This document shows, in pieces, positions 22,602 through 34,100 of a stretch of DNA of 64,000 nucleotides; position 1 is the stretch's first letter; each line of letters begins with the position of its first letter. Origin of the DNA: Phyllobates terribilis. Lineage: Eukaryota. A program made the position numbers and the translations under genes. The stretch lies in assembly GCF_046119375.1 (NCBI RefSeq), contig NW_027362773.1:211916001-211980000 (forward strand). The letters are read 5' to 3'. The notes under the pieces are model-generated. The model saw only the letters and a program-made list of their open reading frames with translations, was not told where the DNA came from and did no database searches.

Positions 22602-25600
22602 ATGAATTACTCTGTCGCCTCATTGGGGGACACAGGACCTTGGGTTATGCTGCTGTCCACTAGGAGGCGACACTATGCTTATCTGAAAAAAAAGATAAAG
22701 CATGGCTCCTCCCCTGCAGTATACACCCCCGGGCGGCATTAGCCTGCTCCAGTTTTTGCTTAGTGTCAGCAGGAGGCACACCTTTAGACCTTCACTCGTC
22801 CCTCGCTCCAGCACGGGATTACAGATGAAGAAAAGAGGGCCTCTCTTAAGAGACCCCCGGCATGGCTCCTTCCTTTGCCCCCGTCTGCGGTGCATGGTTG
22901 AAGTCGAGATGGCACTGCCACCATGCTGCTCCGTCGCCGGCCCCTGGGTCAGGTCCGAAGTTGAGAACCCCCCTCCTTCCCCAATTCTTTACGTCTTGGT
23001 CCGAAGTTGAGGAGAGGATAAAGCCCCCTGAAGGTGACAGCGGCACCCTCCCTAATTCCCCCCTGGGGGGTATTAGGTTGAGACACCGTCAGGTAAGGAT
23101 CGGATGGCAGCAGCTGCAACCTCTTCCAACAGCACACAGCAGCCGACGACCAGCAGCACATACAGGAGCCACAGTTTCCACTGAGGACTCCTGTACAAGC
23201 CGGGGAAGGTGCAGACAGCCATGGCATAGGAGGTGCAGGCCCACACAGGCTCTGCACCTGCGGCAGCTTCATCCTACAGCGCCCAAAGGGGACCCTCTTC
23301 AGGGCCCCCCTTTTCATCAGTTCCCCACCGCCATCTGGCTTCACAACCGGGGGGGGGTCTGGTGCTCATCCGACCTCCCCCATGTCCACCGCGCCGTCCT
23401 GGAGCCCTTTGCGGGCACTATTTTAAATTTAGGCCGCGGCTCCGGCCTAGCCGAAGCCGCCGCCCACTCTCTGCCCCCCGGAGACGCTTCTGACGCTACC
23501 CGACGTCATAAAAAAGGGCGGTGCTGTGCTGCAGGGCGCTCATCCCCATGGAAACTGGCGCCCTTGCAACGCTACGCCCCCCTTCTTCACTCTGACGGCG
23601 GCCATTATCGCTGCAAACAGGACACAGGCGAGCCAGGTCTCCGGGGAGGCACAGGACCAGGTTTATATCGGCGCTATCCCAGGGGCACACTAAAGGTGGG
23701 GTAAGTTCACAGTCTGAGTTTACCCTCAGCTGTAAAGCTATATATACTCTATATCCTTCTCTGCACGGATAGACTTTGAGCCCGGCATAGTGCACCTGGA
23801 GTGGCTATGCAGGGGGGGCTAAGAAAACAAGGCAGGACTGCTTCTACGCTTTCTGTACAGCCTGTGGCATTGCTCTTCCCAGCGGCAGCACGTATCCGCA
23901 TTGCAGGGATTGTACGCAGACTACTGTGCCAGAGTCCCAAGCAGCCCCTACCATATCAGAGTCTGTTGCCATGCCGGAATGGGTCACTCATATGTCACAA
24001 TCTATGTCACAATCTATGAAATCCATGGATAACATGACTGAGAAACTGCTTCAGTCTATGCGAAGTCCTATTTCTTCTATGAATTCTACACAACAAAGTA
24101 AAAGTCCCTCCCATCCATACTCTGACCCAGGCACTTCTAGGTCAGGGTCAGGACGCAAGCGTACCCACAGGTCACGCTCATCTGCGTCTTCACACAGCAC
24201 ACGGTCATCCCTGTCCAGAGACAGAGACCGTAGTCCAAAATCATCTAGACAGTCCCCGAACAGGAACTATATTTCTCCTAAGCATTCACCGGCCAGAGAA
24301 ATACCCCAGCCTGATTCGCCTAGCAGACACAACAGTGACACACAGGAGTCAGAAGGCATTTGTGACTCCCGACTCGGACAAGGAGATGACGAGTCTCCAA
24401 CCCCATCACCAACTAGCAATGCAGCACTAGTTGAGGACATAATCTCCTCCATACATCAGGTACTGAACATTTCTGATCCGACCCCAGATATACAGTACAG
24501 ACCAAAAGTTTGGACACACCTTCTCATTTAAAGATTTTTCTGTATTTTCATGACTTTGAAAATTGTACATTCACACTGAAGGCATCAAAACTATGAATTA
24601 ACACATGTGGAATTATATACTTAACAAAAAAGTGTGAAACAACTGAAAATATGTCTTATATTCTAGGTTCTTCAAAGTAGCCACTTTTTGCTTTGATGAC
24701 TGCTTTGCACACTCTTGGCATTCTCTTGATGAGCTTCAAGAGGTAGTCACCGGAAATGGTTTTCACTTTACAGGTGTGCCCTGTCAGGTTTAATAAGTGG
24801 GATTTCTTGCCTTATAAATGGGGTTGGGACCATCAGTTGTGTTGTGCAGAAGTCTGGTGGATGCACAGCTGATAGTCCTACTGAATAGACTGTTAGAATT
24901 TGTATTATGGCAAGAAAAAAGCAGCTAAGTAAAGAAAAGCGAGTGGCCATCATTACTTTAAGAAATGAAGGTCAGTCAGTCCAAAAAATTGGGCAAACTT
25001 TAAAAGTATCCCCAAGTGCAGTTGCAAAAACCATCAAGCGCTACAAAGAAACTGGCTCACATGAGGACTGCCCCAAGAAAGAAAGACCAAGAGTCACCTC
25101 TGCTTCTGAGGATAAGTTTATCCGAGTCACCAGCCTCAGAAATCGCAGGTTAACAGCAGCTCAGATTAGAGACCAGGTCAATGCCACACAGAGTTCTAGC
25201 AGCAGACACATCTCTACAACAACTGTTAAGAGGAGACTTTGTGCAGCAGGCCTTCATGGTAAAATAGCTGCTAGGAAACCACTGCTAAGGACAGGCAACA
25301 AGCAGAAGAGACTTGTTTGGGCTAAAGAACACAAGGAATGGACATTAGACCAGTGGAAATCTGTGCTTTGGTCTGATGAGTCCAAATTTGAGATCTTTGG
25401 TTCCAACCACGTGTCTTTGTGCAACGCAGAAAAGGCGAACGGATGGACTCTACATGCCTGGTTCCCACTGTGAAGCATGGAGGAGGAGGTGTGATGGTGT
25501 GGGGGTGCTTTGCTGGTGACACTGTTGGGGATTTATTCGAAATTGAAGGCATACTGAACCAGCATGGCTACCACAGCATCTTGCAGCGGCATGCTATTCC

Positions 25601-28600
25601 ATCCGGTTTGCATTTAGTTGGACCATCAACAGGACAATGACCTCAAACACACCTCCAAACTTTGTAAGGGCTATTTGACCAAGATGGAGAGTGATGGGGT
25701 GCCACGCCAGATGACCTGGCCTCCACAGTCACCAGACCTGAACCCAATCGAGATGGTTTGGGGTGAGCTGGACCGCAGAGTGAAGGCAAAAGGGTCAACA
25801 AGTGCTAAGCATCTCTGGGAACTCCTTCAAGATTGTTGGAAGACCATTTCCGGTGACTACCTCTTGAATCTCATCAAGAGTATGCAAAGCAGTCATCAAA
25901 GCAAACGGTGGCTACTTTGAAGAAACTAGAATATAAGACATATTTTCAGTTGTTTCACACTTTTTTGTTAAGTATATAATTCCATATGTGTTAATTCATA
26001 GTTTTGATGCCTTCAGTGTGAATGTACAATTTTCGTAGTCATGAAAATACAGAAAAATCTTTAAATGAGGTGTGTCCAAACTTTTGGTCTGTACTGTACC
26101 TCAAGATAAAATTTCATTTGAAGGACCACCAAAACCAGCTAAGTTCTTCTTAGATCACTCAGAATTCTAATCTATTCTTACAAAGCAATTTTTACAGCCT
26201 AACAAAAAACTTGCCACTCGCAAGCTTATGGAAACCAGGTACCCTTTTTCCCAGGAAACCTTCAAAGAGTGGACAGATCCTCCAGCAGTGGACCCACCAG
26301 TATCCAGGCTGGCAGCACAGACACTTCTTTCACTGCCAGATAGCTCAACCCTCAGAGATGAAGCAGACCGGCAGGTAGAAAGTTTGGCACGTTCAACTTA
26401 CGAAATCATAGGAGCCTACCTAGCTCCCGAGTTCACTTCGGTTTGGGCATCTAAAGCCATAATAGCTTGGGCTAGAAATTTACAAACTAGTCTTCAAGCA
26501 TCTGCCCCTGAACTGTCTTAACAAGCAGTTCAAATAGCAGTTGTGGCGGATTACTTATGCGGCTCTTGATTCCGCAAGATGCGCAGCGGTAGCATTATCA
26601 CATGCCGTCACTATTCGACGTATTCTCTGGTTACGTGAATGGAAAGCAGATGCAACATCAAAGAAGTCTCTCACACAGCTTCCATATTTGAGAGGTCGAC
26701 TGTTTGGCGAAAAATTGGACACAATGATATCCAACGCCACCGGGGGTAAGAGTACCTCTCTCCCCCAACTGAAGCCCAAACGCAACTTTAATAAACGGAA
26801 CCAAACGAGATTCCGGTTCTTTCGGAACTCTTCCGGCTGGTCTGTCTCTCGGCCAGCACAAACTAACAGCCGCTTCTCACGCAAGGAAGACTCCAGATCG
26901 ACTCAAAAGTCGGACAAGCCCTGGCAGTCAAAGACAGGCCAATCAAAGTCTCACAGAGGAAAATCAAAAAATTTCTCCTCATCTTGACTCACCGACTCCA
27001 CCCCTAGGCGGCCGACTTTCACTCTTTCACCAAGTCTGGCTACGTATTACAAAAGATAGGTGGGTCAGGGAGCTAGTATCTTCAGGATACAAAATAGAGT
27101 TCACCTCCATCCCACCAAACAGATTCCTTATATCTTTTCCCCCAAAGCCGCCAGAAAAGGCGCGAGCTTTTCACCTGGTGGTCTTCTCACTCCTTCAAGC
27201 ACGAGTCATAATACCTGTCCCAACAGCCGAGCGCTTTCAGGGGTTCTACTCCAATCTATTTGTAGTCCCCAAGAAAGGAGGCGGAGCAAGGCCCGTACTA
27301 GATCTCAAACATCTCAACAAGTATGTAAGAGTACGTCACTTTCGAATGGAATCTCTCCGTTCCATCATAGCATCCATGGAAAAAGTAGAATACCTCGCCT
27401 CCATAGATATACAAGATGCATACTTGCACATACCGATTGCGCCTGTTTATCAGAGATTTCTCAGGTTCACAATCAATCAGGATCACTACCAGTTCTTGGC
27501 TCTCCCATTCGGACTCGCCACAGCTCCCAGAGTGTTTACCAAAGTCATGGCAACCACCATGCACGTCCTATACTCCAGAGGCATAGTGGTCATTCCATAC
27601 CTAGACGATCTCCTCGTCAAGGCTCCCACCTTCAAGGACTGCGAGATCAGTGTCTCAATCACGATCGACACCCTGAGTCGCCTAGGTTGGTTAGTCAACT
27701 TCCAAAAGTCGTCACCAACCCCAACTCAGGCCTTGACATTTCTGGGAATGCTATTCAATACCTCCAAGGGTCTGATACTTCTTCCCAGAGACAAGGCACA
27801 ACCTCTGCGCTCAGGAGTCCGCACCCTTCTCAACAGATCCTCCCGATCTCTCCGATTTGCAATGAGAGTCCTTGGCAGGATGGTGGCTTCAATAGAAGCG
27901 GTTCCATTTGCTCAGCTTCACCTCAGACCTCTCCAACTAGACATTCTCAGGTCATGGGACAGGAACCATTCTTCCCTCGACAGGAAATTCCAACTGAAGT
28001 TGTCAGCCAGGAAGTCCCTTCACTGGTGGCTCAACCGGTCCTCTCTGACAAAAGGAAAATCCTTTCTCCCAGGTCAATGGAAGATCCTGACTACCGACGC
28101 AAGCCTGACGGGTTGGGGTGCAGTACATCTACACCACAGGGCACAGGGCAAGTGGTCTAAAGCGGAAGCAACATTGCCCATCAACATCCTGGAAATTTGT
28201 GCCATTCTCCTGGCGCTGAGAGCATTCCAGCACTTACTGGCAGCCTCCCACATCAGAGTCCAGTCGGACAATGCCACGGCCGTAGCAATATGTCAATCAC
28301 CAAGGGGGGACCCGCAGTGCCCGAGCGATGCGAGAAGTGACACACATTCTCCACTGGTTTGAGAAAGCGGACTCTATTATCTCCGCAGTCCACATTCCGG
28401 GTGTAGACAACTGGGAAGCAGACTTCAGCCGGCAAGGAATAGACTCAGGGGAATGGGCTCTCCATCCCGAAGTCTTTCAACAGATCTGCCATCGTTGGGG
28501 CACTCCAGACGTGGACCTAATGGCGTCCCACCTCAATGCCAAAGTCTCCAACTTCATAGCCAGGTCACGCGATCCGCGAGCGCTGGCAGCGGATGCCCTG

Positions 28601-31173
28601 GTTCAGGATTGGACCCAGTTCCAGCTCCTATATATTTTTCCGCCTCTCCCTCTGATTCCCAGGGTGGTGAGAAAGATCAAACAGGAGGGAGTTCCAACCA
28701 TCCTAGTCGCTCCGGACTGGCCCAGGCGTACATGGTACGCCGACATCGTACGACTCATTGCAGACGTTCCCTGGCGTCTTCCCGACCGCCCGGATCTTCT
28801 GTCACAAGGCCCGTTCTACCACCAGAACTTAGAGGCCCTCAGTTTGACGGCGTGGCCATTGAAACCTGGGTGCTAACACAGGCAGGTTTTCCGCAAAATG
28901 TCATTGCAACCATGATCAGAGCACGAAAACCAACTTCTGCCAAGATCTACTACCGTACCTAGAAAGCCTTCTTTACCTGGTGCGATTCTTGTAAACAAGC
29001 CCCACTACCCTACTCCTTACCTAGGGTACTTGGTTTTCTTCAATCGGGCCTGGAAGCCAGACTATCCCTGGCCTCCCTTAAAAGCCAGGTATCAGCTCTG
29101 TCTGTACTTTTTCAAAAAAGCATTGCTCACAGACCGCAAGTCAGAACTTTTCTCCAGGGGGTTTCACGATTGGTTCCCCCCTACAAACGACCACTAGAAA
29201 CGTGGGACCTTAACCTGGTGCTCACAGTACTACAGGAAGCACCCTTTGAACCTCTTAAGGAGGTTCCACTCCTATCCCAGAAGGTAGTTTTCCTCGTGGC
29301 AATCACCTCACTACGTAGAGTGTCTGAACTCATGGCACTCTCCTGTAGGCAACCATTCCTGAATTTTTTCCAGGATAAGGTAGTTCTCCGTATGGTTCCA
29401 TCCTTTCTCCTGAAGGTTGTGTCAAACTTCCATCTCAACGAAGAGATTTCCTTACCGTTCCTCTGTCCGACTCCTTTTCATAGAGTGGAAAAGGCTTTGC
29501 ATACGCTTAACCTTGTTAGGGCATTGCGTATCTATATGTCTAGGACTGCGCCCTACAGAAAATCTGATTCTCTTTTCCTCCTTCAGGAAGGTGCTCGCAA
29601 GGGTCTGCCAGCCTCTAAGGCTACCCTTGCCAGGTGGATTAAATCCACCATACAAGAGGCTTACCGCCTCAAAAATTCTCCTCTTCCAGCAGGTATTAAG
29701 GCACATTCTACACGTGCGGTAGGGGCCTCCTTGGCCATTCGGCACCAGGCCTCGGCACAACAAGTGTGTAAGGCAGCCACCATGACTAGCCTACACACGT
29801 TTACTAAGCACTACAGCGTTCATACCCAGTCCTCAGCAGACGCGAGCCTGGGCAGACGTGTCTTACAGGCGGCGGTATCCCAATCCTAGGGAACCGTCTA
29901 CATAATATTCGTCCATTGCTTCCCACCCAGGGACTGCTTTAGGACGTCCCAAGGTCCTGTGTCCCCCAATGAGGCGACAGAGTAAAGGAGATTTTTGTGT
30001 ACTCACCGTAAAATCTCTTTCTCTTAGCCTCTAATTGGGGGACACAGCACCCACCCTGTTGCCCTTCAGGGCCGTTTAAGTTAAATTCTCATATTGGTTT
30101 TCCTTTGAGTTCCAACATAGTTGCCTTTTTTTATAGGCATGGTTATGTTATATATGTTACGTTTCTCCTACTGCTTTTGCACAAAACTGGAGCAGGCTAA
30201 TGCCGCCCGTGGGTGTATGCTGCAGGGGAGGAGCCACGGTTAATCTTTTTCAGATTATGCATAGTGTCGCCTCCTAGTGGACAGCAGCATTACACCCATG
30301 GTCCTGTGTCCCCCAATTAGAGGCTAAGAGAGATTTTACGGTGAGTACACAAAAATCTCCTTTTTTTCCTACAGATTCACATACTGTAGTAATATATGCA
30401 TAATTTTGATCATTTTTCAATATCTGAATTTTTCATGGGTGGCCCATGGCGATAAAGAAACTTAAAGATAACAAACTTTAAAAAAATATATATTATTATT
30501 TATTTATTTTTTTTAATGTCGTAACATGCATTCATATAGGTTTGCATTGCTATCTTTCCCCAGCCTCTACCAGATGATAAAACAGCCCTAGTCAACCAGA
30601 AGTCGCTGAAGCAGCTTTCGGAGAGTGCGAGGAGAAGTCACGCTCATGCCTTTAAAATAACCAGAAGGTTTCAGGTAGGTCATTGATCCTTAGTTTTCAA
30701 AAGTGTGGAAAGTTATCTGATCTATGAAGGATCGAACATTGGGAATCCCAAAAAGACGCACGTCCCTTAAAGGGGTATTACACTTTTATATAATATACTT
30801 TGTGCTTCAGTTTCTCAATATTGAGATTTCTGCTTGTTGTCACTGAATGGAGACCCGTACAGGTGTCTATACTGAAAACCTCCATTATAGTATTCACATC
30901 TGAGAGTTTTCTACACTTGCATCCAGACTAGACATTACTTTGAGCAACACAATCTATATATTTTTGAGGTTTTTCTATGATTTTTTTTTTAATATTTTTT
31001 TTCTCTTTTTCTCCCATTTTATTTATTAACCCTCCCGGTTGTCGGACGCCCTGCAGCCTTTGCTTTTCATGGACTTGTTGGACGATGGGGAGTTAGTCCT
31101 GGTGGAGAGACCCCTCACTGACATCCTGACTCGGCTGCCCCCACCGATGAAACAGAAAAAATTTGCAACGTAA
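14316..31173 (+). CDS. UTP4: U3 snoRNA-associated protein 4 (cirhin, WD40); join(14316..14474,14572..14766,14861..14945,15044..15133,16588..16799,16881..17052,17132..17223,17308..17404,18404..18468,18614..18736,18816..18972,19904..20010,20100..20195,20282..20467,30564..30674,31057..31173), 687 aa
   Basis: Starts MGEFKVHRVRFFDYVPSSVRCMAY and ends ...LVERPLTDILTRLPPPMKQKKFAT*. The 16 GT-AG exons sum to 2064 nt in one frame. A non-coding exon 1 probably ends at the GTGAGT donor at 12841, and ATTAAA near 31370 is a candidate polyA signal. Confidence 0.96.
17793..18202. mobile_element. TTAA-flanked MITE (T2/Kolobok-type); relatives at 15246..15371, about 3825-4145, about 34150-34521, about 36250-36670, about 42972-43140
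   Basis: TTAA|AGGGGTTATCCAGG...CTGGACAACCCCT|TTAA. Confidence 0.75.
20495..20582. mobile_element. Isolated terminal fragment of the Tc1 family C ITR next to (TG)n
   Basis: ...GGCCAAGAAAGGAAAAATTCTGCCGGGGTATGTAAACTTTTGAGCACAACT matches about 58590-58644. Confidence 0.8.
20855..21003. other. Assembly gap (149 N)
   Basis: Run of N inside UTP4 intron 15. Confidence 1.
21004..22525 (+). mobile_element. Tc1 transposon family A, copy 1 (left end lost in the assembly gap; frameshifted DD34E transposase)
   Basis: [18 protein letters not shown]..., [24 protein letters not shown]; right end ...GGTCTGTACTG followed by TA. Confidence 0.95.
24493..26096 (+). mobile_element. Tc1 family A, copy 2, inserted in DIRS-B gag
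   Basis: Long ITRs CAGTACAGACC...GGTCTGTACTG with TA duplication (24491-92, 26097-98). Removing it restores the gag frame (PDI-PQDKISF). Confidence 0.96.
26990..28876 (+). pseudogene. DIRS-B pol (RT/RNaseH/MT-like), frameshift near 28310-28330
   Basis: DIQDAYLH, FGLATAPRVF, YLDD, TDAS, DNATAV, NWEAD, VDLMAS, LYIFPP. Confidence 0.92.
28864..29889 (+). pseudogene. DIRS-B tyrosine recombinase, premature TAG at 28960-28962
   Basis: ITSLRRVSEL, KAHSTRAVGAS and TFTKHY; the R..H-x-x-R..HY catalytic residues are retained. Confidence 0.9.
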
Positions 31174-34100
31174 AGCTGCTTCCAGATTTTCCTATACAGA
31201 TTTATCATATTCTTTTATTATAATGAGAAGGTCCGAAGATTGGACTGGAGTTTGGTGGACTTTGATATCACTCAGAAGACCCCGGCAATGGACCGTGTAT
31301 AGCAAGCTGCACCAGAGATTAATTATTTTTTTTTAAGGACTAAAAATGACATCTTTGTCCATTTCCACCATTAAATATCTACAGTACATGTGGCTTTTCT
31401 ATGGTTCCTGATTTTTTTTTTTTGAGTTTACGATGAAATATTAGGTCCAAGCATTAAAGTATTTGGCGGAGGAGAGTGAAAACTTTTCCTTTCTGTTTGG
31501 GAAGCTGCAGGGTTAACGTAGCACGGGAAATGATACTCAAAACTTCCTGCGTTATTGACTGGCGTCTTTTACTTTGTGGTTTGGGAAAAAAAAGAAAAAC
31601 TAATAATTTTCTAACAATATTACATTTCTGATGACGTAGGTGCCGCGGGTGAATAGGACCCCATGCACGTCCATGACGGTCAGTCTGCTCGCCGGGGTCA
31701 GCGCACTTAGCAACCACTAATTGTTCATAAAACTCCCTCATTATTTATTTACAGCAGTCATTTCACGCTGGGTTCTTCATTAAGACTGCCAGCTGACGTT
31801 TCCCTTTACAATCAGGAATAATGGCATCTTACGCGGTGATTCATATGAGCAAATGTCAAGGAGAGGAACCGGCATCGAACGCTTTTTATGGAAAGATTAT
31901 CAGTGGTGACCCAGAAGAGAAATGAAGACAAAACCCATAAGGGATTCAATAGATGATGACCATTGAAGTCTATCCGTTCACCATCATCTAGATATTTTTC
32001 TTTGCCCCCTACTAGCTACCGTTAACGACTCCTTCATCCGTCCGATTTTTCCACGTACGAGAAAAAAACGGACGGTTTCGTTGAAGCTGATTTTTGTGGT
32101 CATCAATTTTTCTCGTTCGTAAAGGAAAAAAAAAGTTTTACCTTCTCCTTGTCTGTGAAAATTGAACTGCACTCTGATGTCATCTGAGTGCAGGTCAGTT
32201 TTTTTCTTTTTTCACGGACGCCCAAACTTGCATTGCCGATTTTGATCAAAGTCTGACATGTCTCCTGTGATTTTCCACGGACCAAACGAAAAATCATGGA
32301 CATGTGAATGGCCCCATACACTACTGAAGGTACGAGTGCTATCCTTGAAAACCACAGATAGGACTTGTACACAAAAATTGGATGTCTGAATGAGGCCTAA
32401 CCCTGTATATAGGAAAAGCAACGGCGCTGTTGCTTTTCGGTTTGAAGGAAGATGCATCCATGTGCCTCGTGCTCCTACAAAACCCTAAAAGATGACGTTA
32501 TGATTTTTTTAGGGGGTCCCAAATAACTGCAGCTATCCTTCAAATTGGAGACTTCATTGATCCGTCCATTACATGGACGTCTCATTTATTTCTGGGCAAT
32601 AAACAGCCGCCATTAATGATTGTAGGTGGGGGTCTGAGCAGCAAATAGGATGGGGCTAAACGCGACAACCCCTTTAACGATAATTCTCCTAAAAAAAACA
32701 TCTTTTAACATGGTGTGAGAATAATTTTGATTTATGAGTTACTGGCATAGGGATATTGAAGGACGTCTTCACATGATTTCTGCACTTGAAATTCCGCACC
32801 AAGTTTGTAAATTAATTTGTACGGATATCGCTGTAGTTTCCATTGCAGATTTAGCGCCAAATTGCAGACAATATGGCGTCTTCATTAGTCCTGGCTCGTC
32901 CATGTTTATAGTGATCGGTGCACATTGCCGGACATGTGTGAGTTAAATGTACAGATCTCAGCGAGTGCATCCTCAGGAAGGAAGGAAGAAACGCCTCGTG
33001 TCCGTGCCGGGCTTCCCAGATAAGCAGCTGTGACATGACATAATCGCTGTGTGCAGGTCACCCCATATATATATAAAATAGACCTCCCTGAAAATAGTAG
33101 ACCCCCCTTGCATATACAGCCCCCCAAAGTGTACACACTAGCACGTAGTCTCAAATCGCAGCTCCCTATAACATTGCTGGCTGCAAGGTTATATTTCCTT
33201 CCTTGATACCCCCTAGGAGTGCGGACCCCAGGTTAAAAAGCACTGCCTTACACAAAAATGAGCTACTGCAATAAATGGGGGTCCTCAGAGTCTGAGGTCC
33301 ATAGGGGTCCTAATATGGGGATCCACCACTTTGAATAAAATAATACAATTTTCTACAGCTGCCCCTGGACATGTCCAAATAAGAATACTGCCCCCTATGT
33401 TCTAGAATGTGGACCTAAACAGGTAGGAGAGTTTTCTTTCACTACTTGTAACCAATAATTTGTTAGGCTTTGTTCACACTGAGGTTTTTATTATGTGGAA
33501 GATTCTGAATTGTAAAAGCTAAAAAATGAAAGAGAGAAAAAATGTTTTGAATGATGGGAAAACTTCGCGGATGGGAATAAAAAAGAAGTGACGTCACTTC
33601 CTTGAGGCAGATTCCATGTGGGATCTGCTCCAAAAATCACACAATAAAGTCACGACACTGCAAAGCACAGCATGGAGGGAATTTTTTTTTTTTCTCCTGA
33701 AACTGATTCCTTTAGAAAAGCTTCTTAGATTTTACTACTTTTTTTTTTTTTTGAAAAAAACAACTCTATTGGAACCAAACCTTGATAAGTCCAAAGTGAG
33801 GGAATAAATGTGATTTTTCTATCTATCTATCTCTCCTCTCTATCTCCAATTGGCATTGAAGAAGACCTTTTCCGTGGCAAAGTTTCATAACCTTATCAGG
33901 GAAAAAAAAATGCAACTCCCCAAATTCTTTAAATATAACATACATCAGAGAAATCTTGAAGGAAAAATGAACGACCTAAAAGTCAAGAAACATCCAGGAG
34001 TGAAACTATTTGTACTGCAGTAAATATTTATACTTAGGAGAACCGTGAACATTTATAGTGATTGTAAGATCTGCAGATCTCCTGACCTCACAGGAAGCGT

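Larger units (their letters stand above)
22607..30363 (+). mobile_element. DIRS1-type retrotransposon (DIRS-B) in UTP4 intron 15, both termini intact, gag interrupted by a Tc1
   Basis: ITRs (about 22620-22760 vs about 30180-30320). The ICR (29951-30047) is complementary to both the 5' start and the 3' end. gag about 23800-26987, pol about 26990-28876, YR about 28864-29889. Confidence 0.95.

Noticed and set aside
22862-23704. 280-aa GC-rich ORF in the DIRS-B leader
   Set aside because: No recognisable motif. It may include a gag first exon, but I could not build a consistent spliced frame.
27060-28160. 366-aa ORF overlapping DIRS-B RT (and the analogous upstream part of 5368..7092)
   Set aside because: Overlapping open frames are a known property of DIRS pol/YR organisation; the low-complexity translation gives no support for a separate gene.
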